A stretch of DNA of 64,000 bases from Azolla caroliniana (Eukaryota; Plantae; Polypodiophyta): positions 14,322,001-14,386,000 of the forward strand of contig JBHGNT010000013.1 in NCBI GenBank assembly GCA_043228905.1. Direction: 5' to 3'. Shown in pieces: positions 1-12,512 of this stretch. The notes below the pieces were generated by a model. The model worked only from the letters and a program-made list of their open reading frames with translations, did no database searches and was not told where the DNA came from. A program made the translations under genes and the position numbers. Each line of letters opens with the position of its first letter. Positions within the stretch are counted from its first letter, which is position 1.

Positions 1-638
1 GATCCCTCTCCTTGTTCTATAAAAGGAAGGGAGCGCCCTTGGTGAAGGGGTTGCCCATTTTTGGTAGTAGGGTATACCGTTAGAGGAAGAAATGTTCTCT
101 CTTCCTCTTTCTTTTCTCTAGTTTTATGGTTTCTTCTTGTTCTCCTCTGCTTCTTCTTCGTCGTTCTGTGTGTCGAACCTTGGCATCTAGTGTTTCTGTT
201 TTCTGCCCTGTTCTCTGTGCAAGACCCCGCTCGGAGCGACAAGCCCGAGAGCTCCCCGACCGGCGGCTTGGCAGTAGACAACAGTTGTATCCTATGCTAC
301 CTACGTCCGGCTTGAAGTCGGTGTTGAATCTCGTTGTCTTGTAAATACATATACATTTGGTTGTGCATATTCATCCCTCTGTTGGTGTGTGTGTGTGTCT
401 TAGTGTTTCTTTCTTGCTTATGTACATAAGGGGGCGAGTTGGGTTGGTACTGTGTGCGTGTGTGAGAGTCAATGTTGCGTGCCTATTCTCTCTCTCTCTC
501 TCCCTTCGGTTGCATCTGGTGTGCTTCTAGGATGCCCCAGAATGGTGAAGCACGACTTCCTACGCTCCGTCACTCCCTAGTCCAAGACCCCCGTGGTCCC
601 GCCTGGAATTCTACACGTCCCCGCGAAACATCGCGACA
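1..638 (+). mobile_element. 3' part of a Ty3/Gypsy LTR (window-truncated), related to LTR B at 6014-6661
   Basis: TATAAAA at 18-24, CT/GT microsatellites, and the end ...gacccccgtggtcccgcc...cgcgaCA, which matches the terminus of LTR B. It abuts the tRNA satellite directly. Confidence 0.75.
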
Positions 639-655
639 CCGGACAAAAGGGTAGT

Positions 656-736
656 CGTCGGCTACAGGGTTTGAACCTACGCGGGCGAACCCAACAGATT
701 TCAAGTCTGTCGCCTTAACCACTCGGCCAAACCGAC
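656..736 (-). tRNA. tRNA-Ser(UGA), near-intact copy within the satellite
   Basis: Minus strand GTCGGTT TG GCCGAGTGGTTAAGGC G ACAGA CT-TGA-AA TCTGT, long variable arm TGGGTTCGCCCGC, GTAGG TTCAAAC CCTGT AGCCGAC G73. Followed by ACTACCCTTTT, a Pol III terminator. Confidence 0.75.
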
Positions 737-2540
737 TAGTTTTTTGGAATCTTGTTTCCTATTTTGGAACAAAGGGCGTGGCGACAACTATGATAATGTG
801 ATTATTGATAGTAACACTGACAAAAGGGGAGGCGTCGGTTGTAATGTTCGATCGTGATCTAGCGAATCCAACAAATTTTGAGTCTTCGTATTAACCACTC
901 GGCCAAGGCAACTGTTTGTTCATCTTAAGCTTGGCACGGTGGGCATGGCGGCACCTACGACGATGTGGTTATTGGTAGTAACCCGGACAAAAGGGGAGTC
1001 GTAGGCTGCAGGGTTGAACGTGCGTGGGCGAACCCAACAAATTTCGAGTCTGTCGCCTTAACCACTTCGCCATGCCAACCACATTTTCATCGAATCTAGT
1101 TTCGTTTTCCTTGGACAAAGAGCACGACATCTACCTTGACGTGGTTATTGATAGTAACCCTATCAAAATGCGTTTCATTGGCTGCTAGGTTCAAACTTAT
1201 GCGGGTACGTTGGCACCTACGACGACGTGGTTATTGATAATAACCCTAGCAAAAAGGTAGTCATCGGTTGTAGTGTTTGATCGTGAGCTAGCGAACCCAA
1301 CAGATTCCGAGTCTTCTTCTTAACCTAGCATAGAGGGCATGGTGGCACCTACGATGATGTGGTTATTGGAAGGAACCTAGACAAAAGGGTAGTTTTCGGC
1401 TACAGGGTTCGAACCTACGTGCCCGAACCCAACAAATTTTAAGTTTGTTGCCTTAACCACTCATCTAAACCGACTAGTTTTTTGCAATCTTATTTTCTTA
1501 ATTTGGAACAAAGGGAGTGGTTATGATAACCTTGTTATTGATAGTAATACTGACAACACGTGAGTCATCGGTTGTAATATTTGGTCGTGAGCTAGCGAAC
1601 CCAACAAATTTTGAGTCTGTCGTCTTATTGACTCAGGCAAGTCATCCATGAAATTATGGGTTTCGTCGGTTGTAGGGTTTAACTTGAGCGGGCGAAACCA
1701 CGCATTTTCAAGTCTGTCACCTTAACCACTAGGCCAAGCCGACTGATTTTTCATAATCATATTTTATTAAGCAAGGGAACCCAACATATTTCAATTATGT
1801 CGTCTTAACCAATCGACAAAGTGGACTTCTTTTTCGCCTTAATTTCCCAACATGGAACAAAGGGCAAAGTGGCACTTATGAGGACGTGGTTATTAGTAGT
1901 AACCCCGACAAAAGGGGAGTCTTCATATGCAAGGTTCAAACATGTATAGGCGATCCCAACTGATTTTATGTCAGTCGCCTTAACTACTTGTCCAAGAGGA
2001 CCGCTTTTTCGTAATCATGTATTCTTCACCCGGCTCCTAGTGCACTCGGCTACAGGTAACCCTCCCCCCCCTCGAGGGTGCGAACTTTCCCGGGCAAACC
2101 AAACAGATTCAAAGTTTTTAGCGTTCAATACTCGGCCGAAACGATGACTTTTCCATAATATTAATTTCTTAACCTGGCACAAACGGCACGTCGGCAACTA
2201 CGGCGACGTTCGTTATTGATAATAACCCCGAAAAAAGGGGAGTGCTCTGTTGCAGGGTTCGAACCTACGTGAGCGAACCCAACAGATTTCAAGTCTGTTA
2301 CCTTAACCACTCGGCCAAATAGACTAGTTTCCTGCAATCTTATTTTCATAACCTGTCACTAATGGCGTGGCGGCAATTATGACAACGTGGCCCTAACAAC
2401 AATGTAGTCATCAGTTGTAGTGTTTGATTGTGAGCTAGCGAACCCAATAGATTCCGAGTCTTCGTGATAACCTCGCATAGAGGGCATGGTGGCATCTACG
2501 ATGATGAGGTTATTGGTAGTAACCCGGACAAAAGGGTAGT

Positions 2541-2621
2541 CGTCGGCTGCAGGGTTTGAACCTACGCGGGCGAACCCAACAGATTTCAAGTCTGTCGCCT
2601 TAACCACTCGGCCAAACCGAC
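2541..2621 (-). tRNA. tRNA-Ser(UGA), near-intact copy
   Basis: Full cloverleaf, G73 discriminator, paired variable arm, T stem GTAGG/CCTGC, TTTT terminator 7 nt downstream. Confidence 0.8.
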
Positions 2622-3281
2622 TAGTTTTGTGGAATCTTGTTTCCTATTTTGGAACAAAGGGCGTGGCGACAACTATGATAATGTGATTATTGATAGTAAC
2701 ACTGACAAAAGGGGAGGCGTCGGTTGTAATGTTCGATCGTGATCTAGCGAATCCAACAAATTTTGAGTCTTCGTATTAACCACTCGGCCAGGGCAACTGT
2801 TTGTTCATCTTAAGCTTGGCACGGTGGGCATGGCGGCACCTACGACGATGTGGTTATTGGTAGTAACCCGGACAAAAGGGGAGTCGTAGGCTGCAGGGTT
2901 GAACGTGCGTGGGCGAACCCAACAAATTTCGAGTCTGTCGCCTTAACCACTTCGCCATGCCAACCACATTTTCATCGAATCTAGTTTCGTTTTCCTTGGA
3001 CAAAGAGCACAATGACATCTACCTTGACGTGGTTATTGATAGTAACCCTATCAAAATGCGTTTCATTGGCTGCTAGGTTCAAACTTATGCGGTTATGTTG
3101 GCACCTACGACGACGTGGTTATTGATAATAACCCTAGCAAAAAGGTAGTCATCGGTTGTAGTGTTTGATCGTGAGCTAGCGAACCCAACAGATTCCGAGT
3201 CTTCTTCTTAACCTAGCATAGAGGGCATGGTGGCACCTACGATGATGTGGTTATTGGAAGGAACCTAGACAAAAGGGTAGT

Positions 3282-3362
3282 TTTCGGCTACAGGGTTCGA
3301 ACCTACGTGCCCGAACCCAACAAATTTTAAGTCTGTCGCCTTAACCACTCGGCTAAACCGAC
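3282..3362 (-). pseudogene. tRNA-Ser-body pseudogene with UAA anticodon
   Basis: A box and B box (GGTTCGAACCC) intact and anticodon loop CT-TAA-AA, but G1-A72 mismatch and disrupted variable arm. The paralog at 1394-1474 also has TAA. Confidence 0.7.
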
Positions 3363-4014
3363 TAGTTTTTTGCAATCTTATTTTCTTAATTTGGAACAAA
3401 GGGCGTGGTTATGATAACCTTGTTATTGATAGTAATTTTGGCAACACGTGATTCATCGATTGTAATATTCGGTCGTGAGCTAGCGAACCCAAAAAATTTT
3501 GAGTTTGTCGTCTTATTGACTCGGGCAAGTCATCATGAAATTATGGGTTTCGTCGGTTGTAGGGTTTAACTTGAGCGAGCGAAACCATGCATTTTCAAGT
3601 CTGTCACCTTAACCACTATGTCAAGCCGACTGATTTTTCATAATCATATTTTATTAAGCAAGGGAACCCAACATATTTCAATTATGTCGTCTTAAGCAAT
3701 CGACAAAGTGGACCACTTTTTCGCCTTGTTTTCCCAACATTGAACAAAGGGCAAAGTGGCACTTATGAGGACGTGGTTATTAGTAGTAACCCCGACAAAA
3801 GAGGAGTCCTCGGATGCAAGGTTCAAACATGTATAGGCGATCCCAACTGATTTTATGTCAGTCGCCTTAACTACTTGTCCAAGAGGACCGCTTTTTCGTA
3901 ATCATGTATTCTTCACCCGGCTCCTAGTGCACAGTGGAACTTGCGAGGATGTGTTTATTGATAATAGCCTCGACAAAAGGAGAGTCGTCGACTGCAAGGT
4001 TCCAACTTGCACGG

Positions 4015-4449
4015 TGTCGTGGAGAAATCCGTCCCTAGGAGGAATCGGTGAATAGTGTTCGTTAATCGGCCCTTACAGAAGGGCACACGCTTTGATGTAT
4101 TGTACATAGTTAGGTACACGTTGGCGAGTGAATATCCTAGGTAGCACGTATTCATTAGGTAGAGAATAAAAGAGATGTAATAGTCTGTAACGGTTCTCTG
4201 TCCTTGGGCTATAAAAGGAGAGGAAAAGGGACTTAGTGGGTATCGTGTTGTCGAGGACTAAGTGCTGTCGGACTAGAACCAAGCTCTTCTCCTCTGTCTT
4301 TCATCGTTCTCTATAGGTTTTGGGAGGCTACCTCTGCTTCGTGGAAATCCCGAGTGCTTCTAGCATAGGCTCCATCTCTTGTTGTTGTGTGCGTTGTGTG
4401 AGTATGTGTCAGGGAGTTGGCACTTACCCGCTAGCCGGTTGTAATCTTG

Positions 4450-4483
<34 letters not shown>

Positions 4484-4644
4484 CCTTATTCGTTGTTCGA
4501 TCTTGATTGTGAATTCTCTATGTATCTATGAGCGCTGCTCGGCCGTGGTTTCATGGTGCTCCTCCCATTGTTCGGCTATTCCTTGGTTCAGGACCCCCTG
4601 CGGTCCCGTTTTGGCTTCTCCTGCGCGTCCAAAATAACGTGACA
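4015..4644 (+). repeat. 5' LTR of Gypsy element A
   Basis: tgtcgtggagaaa...aataacgtgaca, with TATAAAA and an (AT)n tract. Homologous to 20872-21450 (visibly diverged, estimated by eye at ~85-90%). Confidence 0.9.
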
Positions 4645-4688
4645 TATTTAGTGAACCCAACGTGGGAAAAGGAGACAGAGGAATCGAA

Positions 4689-6013
4689 GATGAGGGGATC
4701 AGAGCTCACCGAAGCCATGGCGGTAGCAGTCGATCGAATAGTAAGTGCTCACGAGGGCACTGGCACCTTCGACAGGGCCATTGAAGCAATTGTCGGCACA
4801 ATATGCCGGTTCGATGGTAAGGATGCCACGAGTTATTTGGTGGCCTACCAGGTCGAAATGGTGATGAGGGACATCCCGGAGGAAAGGCATTTGGTTGGGT
4901 TCCCTCCGGTTGCGACACCGGGCATCCACGCAGAGGTGCTCGAGGTGCAGGCTGGATGTCGGACCTGGGGAGAATTCGAAGCGCGGCTCCTCGAGTGGTA
5001 CGGGCTTGATGGCGCGCTTCGGCTATCGAAGCGGGACTTCATGGATTGGGTGGAGACCCCTGGAAAGGGGAGGACTGTGTTGGTGCTCCTCCAGGAGTTT
5101 GAGGAACGCTTCGCATATCTTTCAGCACTGGACAAGACTGTATTGGACACGAGCCATGTCCTTTTATTCGTCAAAGTTGTGGACGTGCGGGATTGAGAGC
5201 AAGTGGGTCTCCTGCTCGGGACGGACGATGGGCTGACGGCCGACTGGGCCGTGGTTAAAGGGGTCTGCAGCCGTTTCGACAAACGGCGTGAGTGGGTCAA
5301 GAAGGGCTCGTCGGGGGCAGGAGCGGTTGCGGCAAGAAAACTCGAGGGACCCCCGCCGGCGCGAAGGGAGGAAACCCGGGATTGGCTTGAGACAAGCTCG
5401 ACTTCGACCGGCGTAGTCAAGGGCCCGTCCGGAGGAGCGGCTCTGGAAGAACTGACGCAGATGGTACGGGACCTCCAGATTGCACATGCAAGGAGGGATG
5501 ACGGTGAGCAGCCTGGCGACCGAAGGCCTCCGAGTGGGCATCAGTGCTTGTGGTGTGACGCGGTCAGTCACATCCAAAAGGACTGCCTGGACTTTGCAAA
5601 AGCGATGAGGGCTAACGTGGTGTACCTGTGGAACGGACGGGTGCACGCTAGCGAGACCCAGAGAGCCCTGGAGCTGAATATCGGACGAGGAGGAATGAAG
5701 AGGCTGATGGAAGAAGCAACGGTGGGCCAAACGAAGACCATCCACTACTCAGTGTTGGCAGGAATCCGGGTCGGGAGTGACGAAAGCCGGAAGACAAAGG
5801 ACTCCGGATTCTGGCCGTTGGTGCTAGAAGGCCTCGTTGGCGTGCGGTTGAGGAAGGAGGAAGCGGACCGCGTGGAAAGACGGGTCCAGGAGGTCACCAG
5901 GTGGAGTGATCCGGTCGAGGAAAAGTCTGGCTTCCTGGAAGCCGCGTGCCAGAACTACGATGTTCTGGTAGAAGACAAGCGTGCAAGGAAGGCTGGAGGG
6001 GCTGGACCCTCAC
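4689..6013 (+). pseudogene. gag-like region of Gypsy A
   Basis: MRGSELTEAMAVAVDR... with an in-frame stop at 5194-5196, then a CLWCDAVSHIQKDC zinc knuckle. Paralogous to gag of element B. Confidence 0.8.
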
Positions 6014-6665
6014 AGTCGTGAAGAAAACCGGCCATAGGCGGAATCGGAGAGAAAGCGCGTAAACCGGCCCTTACATGGATGGACGCATAACTTGACATTT
6101 TGTACACGAACCGGTGGATGTAAATACTAAGCCGCACGCATTTAAGCGGCACGCATTTATTAGGGGGGGATTGTGCATATCCCGGTCAAAGGGACAGGGA
6201 ATAAAGGGAAGAGGACAAGGGAAAACGGGCATCGCGCGCGAGGAGGAAGAAAAGTGTTGTTGTAGAACGGAAGGCGGGGCTCTCTCCCTTCGACTCGAAT
6301 CGTCGCTCTCTGCAGGTATTGGGAGGTCGATGCCTCTGCTTCGTGGACAGCTCGTGTGCTTCCAGCAGAGTCGCTCCCTTTCCCCCTTTTGTTTCTTTGA
6401 GTCGTGTGATTGTCGTCGGTGTGCGTGAGTAGGGTCCCCGTGCCAAGTCCGTCGCCGCTTTGTCGGTTGTAACTGTCGGAGTTTGTAATCTCTGTCATTA
6501 TAATTAAGTGTTACGTTCTATATCTCTCTTTCTCGCTTCTACGTGTTGGTGATTCTCTCTCTCTCTGTCTCTCTCTCTCTGTCTCTCTCTCTCTCGCTCC
6601 TCAGTCCAAGAGCCCCTATGGTCCCGCCCCTTTCTACACGCACGCGCGTAACAACGCGACATCTT

Positions 6666-6683
6666 TGGTGAACCCAACGTGAA
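6666..6683 (+). promoter_or_regulatory. Primer-binding site complementary to tRNA-Trp 3' end
   Basis: TGGTGAACCCAACGTGAA versus TGGTGAACCCGACGTGAA expected from plant tRNA-Trp(CCA) (one mismatch; tRNA sequence recalled, not searched). Lies 4 nt after the LTR end. Confidence 0.8.
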
Positions 6684-6706
6684 ATGGCGGCAAAGGAGTC
6701 GAAAGA

Positions 6707-8532
6707 TGAGGGGATCGGAGCTAGCAGAGGCAATGGCGGTGGCCGTCGACCGGCTGGTGAGCGCTCGTGAGGGAACGGGTACCCTCGACAGAGCCATTGA
6801 ATCAATCGTCGGCTCCATAGGCTGTTTCGGAGGGAAAGACGCCACAAGTTATTTGGAGGCTTACCGGGCCGAAATGATCATGAGGGATATCCCGGTGGAC
6901 AGGCGGATGTCCGGATTCCCTCAGGTGGTGACGCCGGGCATCCATGCGGAGGTGCTCGAGGTGCTGACCGGATGCCAGACTTGGGAGGAGTTCGAGCTGC
7001 AGCTCCTCGAGAAGTACGGGTTTGACGACTCGCTCCGGCTGTCGAGGCGGGACTTCATGGCGTGGGTGGAAAGCCTCGGAAAAGGGAGGAACACGTCGGT
7101 ACTCCTCCAGGAGTTCGAAAAACGGTTCGCGCGGCTGTCGACGTTGGACCGGATGGTGCTCGAAACAAGTCGAGTATTGTTGTTTGTCAAGTCGGTGGAT
7201 GCACAAGCCCGGAGAGACAGCGGTGAACAACCTCGCGACCAGAGGCCGCTGGCTGGGCAGCGGTGCATGTGGTGTGACACGATCGGTCACATTCGGAAGG
7301 ACTGCGCGGATTTCGCCGACGCGCTCAGGACCAACGTGGTGTACCTCTGGAACGGGCGGGTGCATGCGAGCGAGACCCGGAGAGCCCTGGAACTGAATAC
7401 GGGGTGCGGCGTAATGAAGAGGTTGATGGATGAGGCCGCGGCACGGCACGTCGAAGCCGTTAACTACTCAGTGTCGGCGGGAATTCGGGTCGGGGGTGAT
7501 GAGACCCGAAAGGCGAAGGACTCCGGATTCTGGCCGCTAGTGCTAGAAGGCCTCTCCGGAGTTTGGCTGAGGAAGGAAGAGGCGGACCGCGCGGAACAGC
7601 GGGTCCAGGAGGTCACCGGTTGGGACGATCCGGTCGAAGAGAAAACGGGCTTCGTAGAAGCCGCTTGCCAGAACTACGAGGTTCTGATGGAGGACAAACA
7701 GGCAGGAAAGGCCGGAGGGGTTGGCCCCCCGAGGTATGAGACCCGGTTCGGACCGAAACCGACCGGTGCCGGCAACCCAGGCGTGCCGGATGGGAAGAAG
7801 CAAGCGGGGTTTCGGTTGAGCACCGAAATCGAGAGGGCAACGGACCTACGGAAGGTCCTTGAAGAGCGAATCCTCGACAGTAAAGTGGAGTTGTCGTTGC
7901 GGGAGGTGCTGGGAATCGCCAAGAGGGAGTTCCACGACTCTATCGTAGACTTGGTGAAGCAGAAGAGGCTCTCGACGGAGCCGGAACCGGAGAAGCCGGT
8001 GGAAGTGCAGACCACGCACCTAGAAGACGGAGCCTTGGAAGATGAGCTGGCGGGAAGCCACTACACGAAGCCGCATTGGGCCAGGGCGACTACGGAAACC
8101 CCTGTACGGATCGGCAACGTTCTGGAACCGGTGGTGGCGTTGGTAGACCATGGATCCGAAATCAACCTGATGTCCATGGATTTCTACAAGAAGGGTAAAT
8201 GGCCGATCAACACCAAGCATGGCTAGAAGATACGGGCAGCGACGCGCGCCACGGAAGAACTACATGGGGCCTGTCCGAACGTACGGGTGAAACTCGACGA
8301 TGTCGAGATCGACCAGCACTTCTTCGTGCAGGAGACGTCCTCGCATCCAGTTATACTAGGAGAGCCATATATCACGGTAGCACGGATGGAGACCAAGGTG
8401 CTGGACAACGGTTCAACCTATGCAAGAGTCAAAAGCCAGGATGGGTGCCACTCGGTCCAGTTCCTAACGGTGCGACCAAACCACGAGCGTAACAACGAGG
8501 CCCTCGACAGTGAAACCCGAGGGGATTTTTAG
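6707..8532 (+). pseudogene. gag-protease ORF of Gypsy B
   Basis: CCHC knuckle and aspartic protease motif VDHGS. One TGG>TAG stop at 8224-8226 (TGG in the duplicate at 11168-11170). Ends GGG GAT TTT TAG. Confidence 0.85.
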
Positions 8533-10402
8533 AGAGGGCTATCAAGGCGTGGGGCCGCGATAGACCGGACTCCTGGGAACAACCCCACAAATGTACAGTA
8601 CAGAAGAAGACTTGTACCATGGGTAGGAAGTTTTGGTTCTCCGACAACGGAGGTTGTACTATGACCGGCGTCACCACACGGGAGAGGAAGCGAGCGGAGG
8701 AGCGGCTCAGGGGATGCGTAGTCCTCTTCCCCGACAAGGACATCAGCGGCGTCGTGGAGGCGGTCTCTTTTAACGACACCTTGGGCGAACTACGAAAGGT
8801 GATCGGTGATGACCTTAGGGAAGACTGGACCGTTCCGGTAGGGTCAATGGGAATGTATGAAGTCATCGCAGACTTCGGGGAAAGGATCGGGTCGATCGGA
8901 TGGCCCACGTGGATACAAAATACAAGACTGTGGACCGGAAGGTGAGGCCATTCGCGGCACCCTTGCCGGAGAGCAGCGAGGAGCGGATAAAAGGGGTCGC
9001 GTCGGACCCAAGTTTACGAAATCCGGCTGGCACAGGGCACCGGTTCACCGACATAACGCTACGGGAGCTCAAGGTCGGTGGGGCCGGCTTCCTACTGCCG
9101 GCGGAGGAGGACCGGTTTCAGAGAATGCTCGAGAGGCACAGGAAGGCTTTCGCATTCTCACCAGAGGAGATCGGGTGCGTAGACCCGACAGTTGTCGAAC
9201 CGATGGTAATCTTCACGGTGCCGCATGTACCGTGGAATCTCAAGCCGATTCCGGTGCCAAGAGCTCACATCCCGAAGTTGATGGAGCTCCTAAAGCAAAA
9301 GGTGGAGATGGGCATCCTCGAACCGTCGAGTGCCCCGTATTCGAATCGGTGGTTTACGGTGCCGAAGAAGAACGGCACGTTGCGCTTCATCCAGGACCTA
9401 CAACCGGTCAACAAAGATTCTTGGGGGTATGCGCGTTCTACCACATCTGGATCCCACACTACGCACATGTCGCGGAACCCCTCTACGGACTATTGAAAAA
9501 GGGGCGTAGCTTTTAGTGGAGGACGGGGCACACGGAGTCGGTTCGGAGACTAAAGGACGCGCTTACGGCAGCGCCGGCTCTCCGTAAAGCGGTTTACGGC
9601 AAGGATGTTCCCATCTGCGTAACGGTGGACACCAGCCCGACCGGGATCGGGTGGGTAATCAGTCAGGAGGACAAGGGCGCCGTATGATTCCCGATCCAGT
9701 TCGGGGAGAAGGTATTGAGCGAGTGGCAGCGAGGGTACGCCCAAGTTAAGCGCGAACTTTGGGGTGTCGTTTTAGCGGTCAAGGCCGACAAGGATTATCT
9801 GATCGGCACGGAGGTGATTATCGAGACGGACTGCCTGCCGATACTCGGCATGGTTTCCGGATGTGCGTGCTCCGATGGATAGCGTACATTAAGTCCCTGA
9901 ACCCGGAGATACGGCACATCTCCATAAAGGACAATGCCATGGCTGACATGCTTTCGAGGGCAGGGTTCAATGACGAAGACAGCATGGTTTCGGAAGACGA
10001 AGAAGTCAGCGAGGACTTCTTCGGGTCGGCTAACGTAACGACGAGGGAAGGGAACACTCCGGCGCTTAACGAATTTGACGAAAGCAGGTACGAAGGGGAG
10101 TGGCTCCAAATCGGAAGGTTCCTACGGACAATGACGCCGGACGCAGCATGGGCGAGAGAGAAGGCGAGCCAGATACGGAGGAAGGCGTACCGATTCTTCC
10201 TGCGGGATGGGTGCTTATAGAAGCACCCAAAGAAGAAAAGCGACATCCCACTCCGAGTAGTGGCAAAGAACGAAGAACAGGGGAAACTACTGGCGGCATT
10301 CCACGAGAGCCCATGGGTCGGACACCACGGAACGTGGGCCACGTTCGAGAAGCTGAAGGAGAAGTACTTGTGGCCGGGGCTATACCAGGACGTGCATCGA
10401 TT
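8523..10402 (+). pseudogene. pol remnant of Gypsy B (RT N-terminus, RNase H, integrase N-terminus)
   Basis: GILEPSSAPYSNRWFTVPKKNGTLRFIQDLQPVNK; FLGVCAFYHIWIPHYA; HESPWVGHHG. Contains deletions, frameshifts and stops. Confidence 0.85.
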
Positions 10403-11237
10403 CGTTAACTACTCAGTGTCGGCAGGAATTCGGATCGGGGGTGATGAGACCCGGAAGGCGAAGGACGCCGGATTCTGGCCACTAGTGCTAGAAGGCCTCT
10501 CCGGAGTTTGGCTGAGGAAGGAAGAGGCGGACCGCGCGGAACAGCGGGTCCAGGAGGTCACCGGTTGGGACGATCCGGTCGAAGAGAAAACGGGCTTCGT
10601 AGAAGCCGCTTGCCAGAACTACGAGGTTCTGATGGAGGACAAACAGGCAGGAAAGGCCGGAGGGGTTGGCCCCCCGAGGTATGAGACCCGGTTCGGACCG
10701 AAACCGAACGGTGCCGACAACCCAGGCGTGCCGGATGGCAAGAAGCAAGCGGGGTTTCGGTTGAGCACCGAAATCGAGAGGGCAACGGACCTACGGAAGG
10801 TCCTTGAAGAGCGAATCCTCGACAGTAAAGTGGAGTTGTCGTTGCGGGAGGTGCTGGGAATCGCCAAGAGGGAGTTCCACGACTCTATCGTAGACTTGGT
10901 GAAGTGGAAGAGGCTCTCGACGAAGCCGGAACCGGAGAAGCCGGTGGAAGTGCGGACCACGCACCTGGAAGACGGAGCCTTGGAAGATGAGCTGGCGGGA
11001 AGCCACTACACGAAGCCGCATTGGGCCAGGGCGACTACGGAAACCCCTGTACGGATCGGCAACGTTCTGGAACCGGTGGTGGCGTTGGTAGACCATGGAT
11101 CCAAAATCAACCTGATGTCCATGGATTTCTACAAGAAGGGTAAATGGCCGATCAACACCAAGCATGGCTGGAAGATACAGGCAGCGACGCGCGCCACGGA
11201 AGAACTACATGGGGCCTGTTCGAACGTACGGGTGAAA
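10403..11237 (+). repeat. ~835 bp near-identical direct duplicate of 7458-8292
   Basis: cgttaactactcagtgtcggc...gtacgggtgaaa present at both places (offset 2945) with few substitutions. Confidence 0.9.
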
Positions 11238-11729
11238 GACCCCCGTGGTCCCGCCCCTTTCTACAAGCACGCAAGTAACAACGCGCGTGAAGAGCCAAGA
11301 CGGGCGACACTCCGTCCAATTTCTAATGGTGCGACCGAACCACAAGCGCAACCATGAGACCCTTGGCAGCGAAAGTCGAGGGGATTTTTAGACAAGGCTA
11401 TCAAGGCGTGGGGCCGTTATAGTCCGTACTCCCCCGAAACACCCGACACGTGTACCATAGGAAGCAAACCCTGTACTATAGATAGGAAATTTTTGTTCTC
11501 CAACAATGGAGGTTGTACAATAACCGGCATTAGCGGCCAAGAGAAGAAACGGGCAGAGGAACGTCGCAAGGCGTGCGGGGTCCTAGGCCCCAATGATGAG
11601 ATTGGTGGAGCCGTGGAGGCGGTCTCTTTCGACGACACCTTGGGGAAGTAAAGAAGGTGTTCGAAGAAGGCCTCGCCGAAGACCGGACGATTCCGGTTAG
11701 TTCGGAAATGATGTACGAAGTGATTGCAA

Positions 11730-11800
11730 ACAATGAAATAGTAAAGAATATATTATGCAAACACTACTCAAATTTGAAGTAGCATATATACATACATACA

Positions 11801-11835
<35 letters not shown>

Positions 11836-12378
11836 GCATGCATCCATATATACCTACATTCAAATATTACATCCATGAATATGTATGTACATACATTACA
11901 CCAATTTATACATGCATGCTGACTAAACATAAATATATGTACAAATATATATTATTATATGTAAATATGTACATACATGCATTACATACTACATACATAT
12001 TAGAATCGGCCATATATTTGACATACATATATACATAATACATACATAAAAATTACATATTACATGTATGTATACATACACATCCTTACAACATATATTA
12101 CATATTACACACATATATTATTATACACACAATTATATGCAAACCAAACACACAAAAAATAAATTACATATTACATATACAGTGTACACACATACATACA
12201 CATATACACACATTGCATACATACAATACAATACAATATGTACATACATACACACACAAACATAACACAAATCACACATGCATATCATATACATGCATAT
12301 ATACCTACATTCATATATCACACGTGCATATATACCTATATCCATGAATATTTATGTACATACATTACACCCATTCTT
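11730..12378. repeat. AT-rich (CATA/TACA)n low-complexity tract interrupting Gypsy A
   Basis: (cata)n run at ~11791-11830. A ~70 bp motif is repeated at ~11840 and ~12295. Confidence 0.85.
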
Positions 12379-12512
12379 GCATATCGGACATCACCATGCC
12401 GTTTTTGGATGACATTCTAATTAAGGGATGTCCAATGGAGGATAAGGACGAAACAGTCGGACCGGACGGGTGTCGGAAATTCGTCTCGAACCACATCGGA
12501 GACTGCGAGAAG

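Larger units (their letters stand above)
639..4014 (-). repeat. tRNA-Ser-derived tandem satellite, block 1 (~1885 bp higher-order repeat, ~1.8 copies)
   Basis: Recurring units carry the reverse complement of GTCGGTTTGGCCGAGTGGTTAAGGCG...GGTTCGAACCC. Sequence from 656 recurs almost identically from 2541 (offset 1885; 1394 vs 3282 offset 1888). Confidence 0.95.
6014..11288 (+). mobile_element. Gypsy element B nested in A, internally deleted and rearranged
   Basis: LTR 6014-6661 ending cgcgaCA, PBS, gag-protease (CMWCDTIGHIRKDC; ALVDHGSEINLM), RT N-terminus, RNase H and integrase zinc-finger fragments, and a remnant LTR 3' end at ~11238-11288. Confidence 0.8.

Noticed and set aside
639-4014. 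CRISPR-like repeat-spacer array
   Set aside because: The repeats are 81-nt tRNA bodies, the spacers are homologous to one another, there are no cas genes, and the context is eukaryotic.
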